A stretch of 32,000 nucleotides of DNA from Moraxella nasovis (GCF_022701215.1 NZ_CP089976.1:1470001-1502000), one strand, 5' to 3'; shown: positions 9,191 through 20,242, counted from the stretch's first letter. Program-made: numbers and translations. The notes: generated by a model not told the origin, from the sequence alone.

Positions 9191-10927
9191 CTAAATACAA
9201 AAATCATCATAAGCATGAAGGTGCTTGATGGCGTCAGCAGTACTTAAAAATACCTTGCCAGTGAGTTCTTTTATCACAGGTGTCTGGCTGATAATATCCA
9301 TCACAGGGCCTTTAACGTCTGACAAATGTAGCGATTTATCGTGCTTGCCAAGTTCACAGTTAAGATTGATCAGCATTTCTTGGGCGGTTAGGTCTATGTG
9401 ATTGACCGCCGACAGCATTAAAATTAAATGCTGATAATCTTGACGCTTTAAGGCTTGATCAATAAACGTGCGTACTGATATGGCGTTACCATAAAATAAG
9501 CTTTCATCAATGCGAATGATTAAAATATCGCTGCGTTCAATCACATGATGGCGGCAGATGTTACGAAAATGCTCAGTACAGCCCACTTGCCCCACAATGG
9601 CGATGTGGGGTCGGCTGGTGTTCCAAATTAGACCGCCAAACGAGAATAAAATTCCGCTTACTAGCCCAATGTTTAGCCCAAAGGTGAGTACCATGATGAA
9701 AGTTACCATAAAGGTGACGGCTTCTAATTGGTCAAATTTTAGGGCGTATTTAAGCGTGTCAATGTCCACCATCTTAATAATGCCACTCATGATAATTGCT
9801 CCAAGCACAGCATAGGGTAAAGGAGCGATAACATCATTTAACACAAGCAAACTTGCAATCATAATAGCTACCGTAATAAGGCTGGCAAGCGGTGTTTTTG
9901 CCCCTGCTGAGATGTTAATGGCGGTGCGAGAAATGCCACCTGTGATGGCAAAACTTTGGAAAAAAGAGCCTACAAGGTTGGCAAGTCCCAACCCCATCAG
10001 TTCTTGATTTGCATTAAAATGCTCGTTACGCTCTCGTGCAAGACTGCTTGCGACAGCATGACTTGAAATAAATGAAATCAAGGCGATGAGTAAAGCAGAT
10101 GGTAGTAATTGGGCAAGAATGCTTGGCGTCATGATTGGTGTGGTAAATTGTGGTAATCCACTTGGAATCGATCCAGACAGCCGTATACCAAATTGACTAA
10201 AATGAAACTGTATGCTGGCTAAAATCACAACCGCAACTAAAATGAGAGGAAAAATGCGACAAATGGCAGTGATTTTGGACTTGGGTAGTGAGAGCATACC
10301 AAGCCATTTTGGCAAAGCGAGTCGGTTAATTTCTAGTGATATAAATACCATCACACCGACGATTAAGGTGGGTAAGTGAAAGCTGCTTAAATTTAAGACA
10401 AAAGACTGAGCGTAATCTAGGATGCTTTTGCCAACAATAGGAATGCCTGTCAAGTGCTTAAGCTGGCTGATGAAGATGAGAATCGCTGTACCGCTGATAA
10501 AGCCTGATGTCACCCCACGACTGATAAATTGAGTAACCCAGCCAAGCCGAAGAATGCTTGCTAATGTCAGAATAATACCCACTAAGAACGCAAGCGTGGT
10601 AGCGAGCATGATATATTGTAAGAGCGGTAGATGATGAAATCCAACTAAAGCTTGGGAGGTCATCACTGCTGATACCGATACAGCACCGACAGCATTCACT
10701 GAGCTTGAGCCTATCCATGCATAGACCATAACTGGTACGATAGAGGCGTACAAGCCATATACAGGGGGCAGACCTGCCAGTATTGCATAGCCGAGACTTT
10801 GGGGGATAACAAGAATACCAACGATTAACCCTGCGATGATGTCGCTTGATAGGTTTGATTTTTGGTAATACTTAATCCAGTCGGGTATCTGCCAAATGGC
10901 ATTGCTTTTTAAAAGATGATGAAACAT
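9191..10927 (-). CDS. SulP family inorganic anion (sulfate) transporter with C-terminal STAS domain
   Basis: 578 aa. It has a polytopic membrane domain with SulP-type N-terminal motifs (IAGLIVGILVIPQSLGYAILAGLPPVYGLY) and a soluble C-terminal STAS-like domain (ILMLSAVNHIDLTAQEML). Confidence 0.9.
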   Translation of the reverse strand: MFHHLLKSNAIWQIPDWIKYYQKSNLSSDIIAGLIVGILVIPQSLGYAILAGLPPVYGLYASIVPVMVYAWIGSSSVNAVGAVSVSAVMTSQALVGFHHLPLLQYIMLATTLAFLVGIILTLASILRLGWVTQFISRGVTSGFISGTAILIFISQLKHLTGIPIVGKSILDYAQSFVLNLSSFHLPTLIVGVMVFISLEINRLALPKWLGMLSLPKSKITAICRIFPLILVAVVILASIQFHFSQFGIRLSGSIPSGLPQFTTPIMTPSILAQLLPSALLIALISFISSHAVASSLARERNEHFNANQELMGLGLANLVGSFFQSFAITGGISRTAINISAGAKTPLASLITVAIMIASLLVLNDVIAPLPYAVLGAIIMSGIIKMVDIDTLKYALKFDQLEAVTFMVTFIMVLTFGLNIGLVSGILFSFGGLIWNTSRPHIAIVGQVGCTEHFRNICRHHVIERSDILIIRIDESLFYGNAISVRTFIDQALKRQDYQHLILMLSAVNHIDLTAQEMLINLNCELGKHDKSLHLSDVKGPVMDIISQTPVIKELTGKVFLSTADAIKHLHAYDDFCI

Positions 10928-11089
10928 TGGTAAGTAATGCCAACTTATTTTGATAAATTAGACCGTGTAAAGTCGCTTGCTTAAAAGATAAATGATAAAA
11001 GCGTGGCTAGATAGGTTTTTAGAACATAACTGACTTATATCGCCTAGCATTTTCCCAAATTTTTTATTATTTAACAAGTGGCTATTTTA

Positions 11090-11118
11090 TTGAAAGACTG
11101 CTTTAAAGAAAATATAAT
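11090..11118 (+). promoter_or_regulatory. Sigma70-type promoter for the MBL/DUF2892 gene pair
   Basis: TTGAAA (11090-11095), a 17-nt spacer, then TATAAT (11113-11118). The -10 element lies ~30 nt upstream of ATG 11148. Confidence 0.45.
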
Positions 11119-11147
11119 ACAATAAACCAAGCTAACACCTTATAACT

Positions 11148-12011
11148 ATGAATATTCATTCTTTTTTAGACCTAAATACCGAGACTTTCACCCATATTTT
11201 GGTCAGTGAAGCAGATGGCGTGTGTGCAGTCATTGACCCTGTGCTTGATTTTGACCAAAAGTCAGGCGAGTTTAGCCAGCTTGGTGCTGATCGTATCATA
11301 AGCTTTATCCGTGATCATCAATTAACCTTAAAATACATCATTGAAACGCACGCTCATGCTGATCATCTGTCGTCAGCACCTTATATTAAGCAGCAGTTAG
11401 GCGGACAGATTGTCATCGGTCAAAAGATTGACGAAGTACAAAAAACTTTCAAGACGGTGTTTAATCTAAGTGATTTAGCTACAGATGGCAGTCAGTTTGA
11501 TATACTCACTGACGAAGGTACGACGCTTATGCTTGGGCGTATCACCATCACCGCCATGCATGTACCTGGACATACGCCAGCAGATATGGCATACCAAGCT
11601 GATGATGGAGAAAGGCTTGTGGTGTTTGTGGGGGATACGATTTTTGCGCCAGATGTAGGGACGGCTCGTTGTGACTTTCCGAATGGTAGTGCCAAAAATC
11701 TGTATCACTCAATTGAGCGAATACTTGCACTGCCTGATGAGACACAGCTGTATTTGTGCCACGATTATCCACCAAAAGGGAGAGATTACACACCAAAAAC
11801 CACAGTCGGCGAACAAAAACGCCATAATATTCATGTTAAAAATGGTATTAGTCAAGACGATTTTGTCAAAATGCGTAATGCACGAGATAAGACGCTTGCT
11901 GTGCCACGCTTAATTTTGCCGTCTGTGCAGGTAAATATTAATGCAGGCGAGTTACCACAGCCAGAAGATAATGGCGTGCGATATCTAAAGCTCCCATTGC
12001 ACCCATTGTGA
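11148..12011 (+). CDS. MBL-fold metallo-hydrolase (persulfide dioxygenase/glyoxalase II-like)
   Basis: 287 aa. It carries the HxHxDH motif (ETHAHADH), downstream metal ligands (HVPGHTP, GDTIF, CHDY), and a context of SulP and DUF2892 genes. Confidence 0.8.
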   Translation: MNIHSFLDLNTETFTHILVSEADGVCAVIDPVLDFDQKSGEFSQLGADRIISFIRDHQLTLKYIIETHAHADHLSSAPYIKQQLGGQIVIGQKIDEVQKTFKTVFNLSDLATDGSQFDILTDEGTTLMLGRITITAMHVPGHTPADMAYQADDGERLVVFVGDTIFAPDVGTARCDFPNGSAKNLYHSIERILALPDETQLYLCHDYPPKGRDYTPKTTVGEQKRHNIHVKNGISQDDFVKMRNARDKTLAVPRLILPSVQVNINAGELPQPEDNGVRYLKLPLHPL

Positions 12012-12050
12012 TGGTTTGCTATGCTTAATATGTATGTCAATTAGGAGAAT

Positions 12051-12314
12051 ATGATGAAAACCAACCAAAGTAAAACCGAACGCCTTATCCGTATTGTTAC
12101 AGGGATTAGCCTATTAAGAAGTGCTAACCGTTTTTCCAAGCTTGGTCTTGTGCCACTATTGACAGGCATTATGGGTTATTGCCCTGCCAAATCGTTATGG
12201 AGTGGCTGCACTAATAAGTGTGACAAATCTAAAGATTGTGCAGATAGCCAGATAGATAAAGCGTGTTCAAACAAAAACAAAAAAGACAACGCTAATATAA
12301 AAGATGATGAATAA
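12051..12314 (+). CDS. DUF2892 (YgaP-like membrane domain) protein with a Cys/Lys-rich tail
   Basis: 87 aa. ERLIRIVTGISLL...LVPLLTGIMGYCPA matches the DUF2892 pattern. SD AGGAG lies upstream. The tail holds four further Cys residues within ~26 aa. Confidence 0.6.
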   Translation: MMKTNQSKTERLIRIVTGISLLRSANRFSKLGLVPLLTGIMGYCPAKSLWSGCTNKCDKSKDCADSQIDKACSNKNKKDNANIKDDE

Positions 12315-12341
12315 TAAAAAAATTATTTATCAAGTTTTTAA

Positions 12342-12372
12342 AAAACCTTTAACGTTTTGTTAAGGGTTTTTT
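12342..12372. terminator. Rho-independent terminator after the DUF2892 gene
   Basis: AAAACCTTTAAC (12342-12353) pairs with GTTAAGGGTTTT (12359-12370), 12 bp with one G-U pair and a 5-nt loop. The 3' arm ends in a T-run of six (12367-12372), two of which extend past the stem. Confidence 0.55.
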
Positions 12373-12485
12373 ATGGTATTTTGGGAATAATTTTTAGGGA
12401 TAAAAACCCATCAAATTTAACAATTCCACTAAGTGCTTGATAAAAATTATGCTAACATAACAATATCTTGCCATAAGGAGGGTCT

Positions 12486-13121
12486 ATGACCGCTGTCAAA
12501 TTTTGTGGGTTCACCCACGCTGATGATTTACAAATTGCCGTATCGCTTGGCGTGGATGCTGTCGGTTTAGTGTTTTATCCGTCAAGTCCACGCTATGTAA
12601 CGTCCAAGCAGGCAAGCGAGCTTGTCAAAGACATACCCGCCTTTACCACGATTGTGGCACTGGTGGTGAACATGAGCGAGCAAGAGCTTGTGTCTTTGGC
12701 TCATCAAGTGAGTTTTGATATCGTGCAGTTTCATGGTGATGAAACCCCATCGCTTTGTCAGGCATTGGCAAACACAATCCACAAACGTTGGATAAAAGCA
12801 CTTCGCATTAAAGACACTGACACAAGCGAGACGATTTTAAAACAAATCCAAACACTCAAAGACTATGGAGCGTCTGGTGTGCTGCTGGATGCTTATCAGG
12901 CGGATAAATTTGGCGGTACAGGCGAGCGGTTTGATTGGGATAAAATCCCCAAAAATTCACCTTTGCCCATTATTTTAGCAGGGGGATTGACGGCAGATAA
13001 CGTGGGGCAAGCAACTAAAAACGTTGGTGTTTATGGCGTTGATGTAAGTGGCGGCATTGAGTGGCAAAAGGGGCGAAAGTGTCGGGAAAAAATGGCTAAG
13101 TTTTTACAAAACATACGTTAA
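12486..13121 (+). CDS. trpF: N-(5'-phosphoribosyl)anthranilate isomerase
   Basis: 211 aa. KFCGFT, VQFHGDE, LLDA...GGTGERFDW, ILAGGL and GVDVSGGIE are PRAI signatures. SD AAGGAGGG lies upstream. Confidence 0.9.
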   Translation: MTAVKFCGFTHADDLQIAVSLGVDAVGLVFYPSSPRYVTSKQASELVKDIPAFTTIVALVVNMSEQELVSLAHQVSFDIVQFHGDETPSLCQALANTIHKRWIKALRIKDTDTSETILKQIQTLKDYGASGVLLDAYQADKFGGTGERFDWDKIPKNSPLPIILAGGLTADNVGQATKNVGVYGVDVSGGIEWQKGRKCREKMAKFLQNIR

Positions 13122-13404
13122 ATTATATCTTTACTATGAGTACTAACTAAGACTTAATAACAAAACTAAATTAACAAAGTCCGCCATATCACTTATAAAC
13201 AAATCATTGATGGATTTTTAATGAGTGATTGGTTTATTAAAAAAAAGATTGTGATGGCTTTTGCAATATTTTATGTAACATAAGAGTGTTTATTTAAAGG
13301 TAGATTGATAAAGCTAACTTTATGATACGACACCAATCAATAGGCGTGCCAAGGTATTGATATAGTCAGAAAGTTTTATTTTAAAATAAAATAGCTGTTA
13401 AGCC

Positions 13405-13432
13405 TTGCAATTTTAACAAAAACCTTTATACT
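13405..13432 (+). promoter_or_regulatory. Sigma70-type promoter for the SDR gene
   Basis: TTGCAA (13405-13410), a 16-nt spacer, then TATACT (13427-13432). It lies ~48 nt upstream of ATG 13480. Confidence 0.4.
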
Positions 13433-13479
13433 GTGATACTATTGTACTAGTATATTGAAACAAAAAAAAGGGAAACCAA

Positions 13480-14229
13480 ATGAACATCTTCATCACAGGC
13501 GTAACATCAGGTTTTGGCAAACAAATCGCCATTGACTGTATCAAAAATGGTCATGCTGTCATTGGCACAGGTAGACGGTTGGATAAATTAACGGCATTAA
13601 AAAACGAGCTGGGCGAGCGTTTTATACCACTTGCCTTTGACATTGGCAATCTAGATGAATTAAACACCGCCTTGGCAGGTTTGGACAAAGCCATTTTGCA
13701 CAATATTGATGTTTTGGTGAATAACGCAGGGCTGGCTTTGGGGTTAGAGCCTGCCCACCAAACGGATATGAACGACTGGCAGACGATGATTAACACCAAC
13801 ACACTTGGGCTTGCCCAAATGACCCACGCTATTTTACCATTTATGGTTGCCAAAGACGATGGGCTGATTATCAATGTGTCATCTACTGCGGGCAATTATC
13901 CGTATTTTGGGGCGAATGTCTATGGGGCAACTAAGGCGTTTGTTACGCAGTTTAGTTTAAATTTGCGAGCTGATTTGGTCGGTAAAAATGTGCGAGTAAC
14001 CAACCTTGAACCAGGTCTTTGCGGTGGCACAGAGTTTAGCAATGTGCGATTTCATGGTGATGATAACAAGGCAAAACAGGTATACGAAAATGTGGCATTT
14101 ATCACCCCAAAAGACATTAGCAATATGGTATTATGGCTAATTTCCCAACCAAAACACATCAATATCAACCGCTTAGAAGTGATGCCAACCATGCAGACCT
14201 TTGCAGGCTTAACGGTGTTTAAGGGTTAA
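13480..14229 (+). CDS. ydfG: NADP-dependent 3-hydroxy acid dehydrogenase, YdfG-like SDR
   Basis: 249 aa. It is near-colinear with my recollection of E. coli YdfG: TGxTSGFG, ILVNNAGLALG.EPAH, YGATKAFV.QFSLNLR.DL, EPGL.GGTEFSNVRF.GDD. Confidence 0.85.
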   Translation: MNIFITGVTSGFGKQIAIDCIKNGHAVIGTGRRLDKLTALKNELGERFIPLAFDIGNLDELNTALAGLDKAILHNIDVLVNNAGLALGLEPAHQTDMNDWQTMINTNTLGLAQMTHAILPFMVAKDDGLIINVSSTAGNYPYFGANVYGATKAFVTQFSLNLRADLVGKNVRVTNLEPGLCGGTEFSNVRFHGDDNKAKQVYENVAFITPKDISNMVLWLISQPKHININRLEVMPTMQTFAGLTVFKG

Positions 14230-14429
14230 AAATAATGACAAGTTAAAGTTGGTGATAAGCTTGTTAAAAATTTTCACAAGTTTTTGATAGCACCCAACCT
14301 AAAATATAAAAATACCGCATTTGGCAGACAGCTTATAAGTGTGATGCATTAAATCAAATGATTAGGCGTAATGACGCCCCTGCGATAAACATATAAACAT
14401 TTAAAACCATTGATTTATAGAGAAATTTT

Positions 14430-15653
14430 ATGAATATCCAAAACCCCAAACAAGTCAGCGACTATACCCAATTCCCCACAAAAGACGGACATTTTGGCAT
14501 TCATGGCGGACGCTTTGTGTCTGAGACTTTGATGAAAGCCTTAGAAGAGCTTGAAGAGATTTATACGACCGCTAAGGCTGACCCTGCTTTTTGGGAAGAG
14601 TTTTTGGCGGATTTGACCGATTATGTTGGCAGACCGACACCGCTTTATTTTGCCAAAAGGTTAAGCGAAGAGGCAGGCGGTGCAAAAATCTATCTTAAAC
14701 GAGAAGATTTAAACCACACAGGGGCTCACAAGGTCAATAACACCATCGGTCAAGCCTTGCTTGCCAAAAAGGTCGGCAAAAAGCGTATCATCGCTGAGAC
14801 AGGAGCAGGTCAGCATGGTGTGGCGACAGCAACCATCGCAGCACGACTTGGGCTTGAATGCGTGGTGTATATGGGGGCGGACGATGTAGAACGCCAAAAA
14901 ATGAACGTCTATCGTATGCGACTTTTGGGGGCAAAAGTGGTGGCGGTAACAGGCGGTACTCGCACGCTCAAAGATGCGATGAACGAAGCCATGCGAGATT
15001 GGGTTGCCAATGTGGACGACACTTATTATATCATCGGCACGGTGGCAGGTCCGCACCCTTATCCGCTACTTGTCAGAGATTTTCAGGCGATTATTGGGCG
15101 TGAAGCCAAAGCCCAGCACCTTGACAAAGAAGGCAGATTGCCCGATGCGTGCGTGGCGTGCGTGGGTGGTGGTAGTAACGCCATTGGGCTGTTTTATGAG
15201 TTCTTAAATGACGATGTTAAGCTTTATGGTGTGGAAGCAGATGGCTTGGGTATTGACACTACACAGCACGCCGCCCCCTTACAAACAGGGCGTGTGGGTG
15301 TGTTGCACGGCAATCGCACTTACTTAATGGCGGACGATGATGGACAGATTTTGGGGACGCATTCGGTATCGGCAGGGCTAGATTATCCAGGGGTTGGTCC
15401 AGAGCATAGCTTTTTAAAGGACATGGGACGTGTGCAGTATGTCGGTGCTACCGATGATGAAGCTTTGCACGCTTTTGGACTACTAACCAAAACCGAAGGG
15501 ATTATTCCTGCCTTAGAGAGCAGTCATGCCATTGCCTATGCGGTCAAACTTGCCAAAACCATGTCAAAAGAGCAATCTATTATTGTCAACCTATCAGGGC
15601 GTGGCGATAAGGATTTGCATACGGTGATGAGTGTTGATAAGATTGAAATATAA
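14430..15653 (+). CDS. trpB: Tryptophan synthase beta chain
   Basis: 407 aa. It has the PLP lysine motif [11 protein letters not shown], plus [18 protein letters not shown] and SHA signatures. Confidence 0.97.
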   Translation: MNIQNPKQVSDYTQFPTKDGHFGIHGGRFVSETLMKALEELEEIYTTAKADPAFWEEFLADLTDYVGRPTPLYFAKRLSEEAGGAKIYLKREDLNHTGAHKVNNTIGQALLAKKVGKKRIIAETGAGQHGVATATIAARLGLECVVYMGADDVERQKMNVYRMRLLGAKVVAVTGGTRTLKDAMNEAMRDWVANVDDTYYIIGTVAGPHPYPLLVRDFQAIIGREAKAQHLDKEGRLPDACVACVGGGSNAIGLFYEFLNDDVKLYGVEADGLGIDTTQHAAPLQTGRVGVLHGNRTYLMADDDGQILGTHSVSAGLDYPGVGPEHSFLKDMGRVQYVGATDDEALHAFGLLTKTEGIIPALESSHAIAYAVKLAKTMSKEQSIIVNLSGRGDKDLHTVMSVDKIEI

Positions 15654-15666
15654 GAGTTGATGAAAT

Positions 15667-16753
<1,087 letters not shown>

Positions 16754-16758
16754 TATTT

Positions 16759-17568
16759 ATGAATGATTCAATTTCAACGCTAATCAGGCGGTATCAAATA
16801 TTTTAAAAAATAGCAGTAGTGATAAAAAAATTAGAGAATTACTAAAAACACACGATGTAAAAATTCATTTTGTGCCAAAAAATTATAGAATTTTTGGCGG
16901 TATTTTACAAAGCATGAATATTCAATTCGGTAATTTTTTAGAAGAGTTTATGACTCTTTTCATTAAGTCCGATGGTAGATACGAGGTTTTAGAAAAATAT
17001 AGTGGCAAAAAGAGCAATAGCTTTTCACTCTCAACCGAAAACGATAGAAGAATTGATAAATTTATCAGCGATTGTCAATACGGTAATGTTAACCTTAATA
17101 AAGATTTTATGAAGCTTTTAGATGAAATTATTAAAGATAACGATATAAATATTTCAAAAATAAAGCATGATATTGATATTTTATTTAAAAAATAAAGAAA
17201 CTGGTATTATTTATTACTTGGAAGTTGAATATAATGACGACCATGAGACAGGAAAATTTGTAGATATAAATCGCAAATTTATAAAAACCTATGCGTATTT
17301 GATTAGAGAGTTTCCACAATCACAGATTAAGCCAATATTATTTTTCTTCAACAACAAAAAGATGAAAGGAAATATCTATGTTCCCGAAAATACTAATATT
17401 AGACGTGGAAAATCATTTTTTGATGAGTTTTTGAATGTAAAATATGAAGATGTCGATGCTTACATGAGAAACCTTTCTGAAAGTCCTGAAAATATTCAGG
17501 CATTTGACGACCTGTATAAGAAAATCATGTCAATAGATGTCCGATGCATAGAAGAGAGTAAAATATGA
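16759..17568 (+). pseudogene. Putative cognate type II restriction endonuclease, frameshifted
   Basis: It starts 5 nt after the methylase stop. ATG 16759 opens a 15-codon frame ending at TAA 16804-16806. A second frame is open from 16767 and continues as track ORF 16872-17195. A third piece, 17167-17568, joins at A6 17187-17192. Total length is ~268 codons. A possible PD-(D/E)xK-like segment is HDIDILF...IIYYLEVEYN. The endonuclease assignment rests on position and size only. Confidence 0.5.
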
Positions 17569-18377
17569 CCCGTATTGAACAAACCTTTATCACCCTAAAA
17601 CAGCAAAACAAAAAAGCTCTAATCCCCTACATTATGGCGGGCGATCCAAATCCTAGCGTTACCGTGGATTTAATGCATAAGCTTGTCGCCCATGGAGCAG
17701 ACATCATAGAAGTTGGCTTGCCTTTTTCTGATCCGATGGCGGACGGTCAAGTTATCGCCACTGCAGGTGAGCGAGCGTTAGCGGGTGGTACAAGCACACG
17801 CCAAGCGATTGAGATGGTAAAGCAATTTCGCCAAACTGACCAAAATACACCTGTGCTGGTCATGGGCTATCTTAATCCCATTGAAATTATCGGCTATGAG
17901 AATTTTGCCAACCTGTGCAGTGAGGCGGGGGTGGACGGCATTTTGATGGTGGACTTGCCACCAAATGAGGCAGACGATTTCCCTAAAAAACTGCAACATT
18001 ACACCCCTTGCCCCATGAACCAAATCTTTTTGCTGTCGCCAACCACCGCCTTTGACCGCCGTCAAAGCGTGATTGACAATGCCAGCGGGTTTATCTATTA
18101 TGTCTCAGTCAAAGGTGTTACAGGCTCAAACGCCTTAGATACCGATGATGTCAGCACGCATCTTAAAGCCATTAAAGCTAACACTGACATCCCTGTATGC
18201 GTAGGCTTTGGTATTCGTGATGGGGTAAGTGCAAAAGCTTTATCCGCTGTGGCGGACGGTGTGATTGTCGGCAGTGAGCTGGTCAGACATTTTGGCGATG
18301 ACAGCATAGATACCAAAACAGCCATTGACAATATTTTGGCAAAAATGGATGAATTAAGACGAGCGATTGATGGGTAA
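17565..18377 (+). CDS. trpA: Tryptophan synthase alpha chain
   Basis: 270 aa. ALIPYIMAGDP, IIEVGLPFSDPMADGQVI and GFGI are TrpA signatures. Its ATG overlaps the TGA of the preceding cassette frame (ATGA). Confidence 0.95.
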   Translation: MTRIEQTFITLKQQNKKALIPYIMAGDPNPSVTVDLMHKLVAHGADIIEVGLPFSDPMADGQVIATAGERALAGGTSTRQAIEMVKQFRQTDQNTPVLVMGYLNPIEIIGYENFANLCSEAGVDGILMVDLPPNEADDFPKKLQHYTPCPMNQIFLLSPTTAFDRRQSVIDNASGFIYYVSVKGVTGSNALDTDDVSTHLKAIKANTDIPVCVGFGIRDGVSAKALSAVADGVIVGSELVRHFGDDSIDTKTAIDNILAKMDELRRAIDG

Positions 18378-18403
18378 CATCAACGATTAATATTTAAGGA
18401 AGA

Positions 18404-20170
18404 ATGATGAAGATATCGCTATTAACTTTAAGTTTGGCAACTTTATTAGCAGGCTGTACTCATCTAAGCACGACCACACCCCAAAAGCAGACCAAATCCG
18501 ACGTGCCACAAAAAGCCGATATCGCTCCAGAGCAAGGCACAGGATTGACCAAACAAGAGCTTGTGCGTGCCAAAGAGTTTATGGTCGCATCTGCCAACCC
18601 TTTAGCTACCCAAGCAGGTTATGAGATTTTGCAACAAGGCGGTAGTGCCATTGATGCGATGATAGCAGTGCAGACGACGCTTGGGCTAACTGAGCCACAG
18701 TCATCAGGACTTGGCGGTGGGGCACTTGTGGTGTACTGGGATAATACTGCTAAAAAATTGACCACATTTGATGCCAGAGAGACTGCACCAAAAGCCATTT
18801 CACCGACGGTGTTTTTGGATAAAGACGGTAAACCCCTACAATTTATGGACGCTGTTGTCGGTGGTGGATCGGTCGGCGTGCCTGCCATTCCTAAGCTGTT
18901 TGAGGTGTTGCATGAGCGTTACGGCGTGCTGCCTTGGCGTTCTTTATTTGATAAGCCTACCAAGCTTGCCAAAGACGGTTTTTTGGTGTCAAATCGCTTG
19001 GCACAGTCAATAGAGCAAAACAAAAAATACCTTGCCAAACATGAAGTGACAAGCAACTACTTTATGCCAAACGGTAAGCCCTTGCAAGCGGGTGCATTGC
19101 TTAAAAATGCTGACTATGCCAACACGCTACAAATCTTAGCCAAACAAGGGTCAAAACCTTTTTATGACGGCATGCTTGCTCAAAATATCGTCAAAATAGT
19201 CAATCATGCTCCAAATGCAGGGTCAATTGCGATGAGTGATTTTAATCACTACAAAGTCATCGAGCGCACCCCCGTTTGCCAAGAATATCGCAAATATCAA
19301 GTGTGTGGCATGGGAGCTCCTAGTTCAGGGGGTATCGCCCTTGGGCAAATTTTAGGCATACTTAACCATTATCCTGCCAAGCCATCACCAAGCCCCAATT
19401 TTTGGCGTTGGGTGGGGAATGCATCTGCTTTGGCATTTGCTGACCGTGGCAAATACGTTGCTGATGCTGATTTTGTTAATGTGCCTACCCATGCACTGTT
19501 AAATGACAATTACCTAAAATCTCGTGCCAAACTCATTCAAGACAGCAATAAGGCACTAACGGATGTTAAAGCAGGTGATTTAGCCGATTATGCTACAGAT
19601 ACATCTATGGAACTGCCATCCACCACGCACATTGTGATTGTGGATAAAGCAGGTAATGTGCTTTCTATGACCAGCTCCATTGAAAACGCCTTTGGCTCAA
19701 CGCTTATGGCAAATGGCTATTTATTAAATAACGAGCTAACCGATTTTGCCTTTGAACCCACCAAAGATGGCAAGCCTGTGGCAAATGCGGTGCAAGGCAA
19801 CAAACGCCCACGCTCATCTATGGCACCGACCATCGTACTAAAAGATGGCGAACCTTATATGGCGGTCGGCTCACCAGGGGGTAGTCGTATTATTGGCTAT
19901 GTTGCCAAAACCTTGGTTGCTCATTTAGATTTTGGTATGGATATTCAAAGTGCCATCAGTTACCCAAATATTTTAAATCGTGGCTCAACCTATGAATTAG
20001 AACAAAATAGCGACATTACAAAGCTTGAACCGACACTTAAAGATATGGGTTATAAGGTACAAGTGCGTGATTTAAACTCAGGTGTACAAGCCATTTTGCT
20101 AGATAAGCAAAATGGGGAGCTGCTTGGTGGTGCTGACCCACGCCGTGAAGGTAAGGTGATGGGCAGATGA
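18404..20170 (+). CDS. ggt: Gamma-glutamyltransferase (lipoprotein-type signal peptide)
   Basis: 588 aa. It has a lipobox LLAGC, GGSAIDA, GLGGG, the autoprocessing threonine context PSTTHIVIVDKAGN, and SPGGSRII. Confidence 0.92.
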   Translation: MMKISLLTLSLATLLAGCTHLSTTTPQKQTKSDVPQKADIAPEQGTGLTKQELVRAKEFMVASANPLATQAGYEILQQGGSAIDAMIAVQTTLGLTEPQSSGLGGGALVVYWDNTAKKLTTFDARETAPKAISPTVFLDKDGKPLQFMDAVVGGGSVGVPAIPKLFEVLHERYGVLPWRSLFDKPTKLAKDGFLVSNRLAQSIEQNKKYLAKHEVTSNYFMPNGKPLQAGALLKNADYANTLQILAKQGSKPFYDGMLAQNIVKIVNHAPNAGSIAMSDFNHYKVIERTPVCQEYRKYQVCGMGAPSSGGIALGQILGILNHYPAKPSPSPNFWRWVGNASALAFADRGKYVADADFVNVPTHALLNDNYLKSRAKLIQDSNKALTDVKAGDLADYATDTSMELPSTTHIVIVDKAGNVLSMTSSIENAFGSTLMANGYLLNNELTDFAFEPTKDGKPVANAVQGNKRPRSSMAPTIVLKDGEPYMAVGSPGGSRIIGYVAKTLVAHLDFGMDIQSAISYPNILNRGSTYELEQNSDITKLEPTLKDMGYKVQVRDLNSGVQAILLDKQNGELLGGADPRREGKVMGR

Positions 20171-20242
20171 TGAATGGTGATTTAAATCGGTTGCACTTTC
20201 ATCAAATCTTGTGTTTAATATCGTCTTCATAAGTTGGCAGGC

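Noticed and set aside
13374-13391. A perfect 18-bp palindrome, TTTTATTTTAAAATAAAA, upstream of the ydfG promoter. A similar 14-bp one, GTTTTTATAAAAAC, lies at 22794-22807.
   Set aside because: Pure A/T palindromes of this size are expected by chance in AT-rich intergenic DNA. They may act as UP-elements or bent DNA, but there is no evidence for a specific site.
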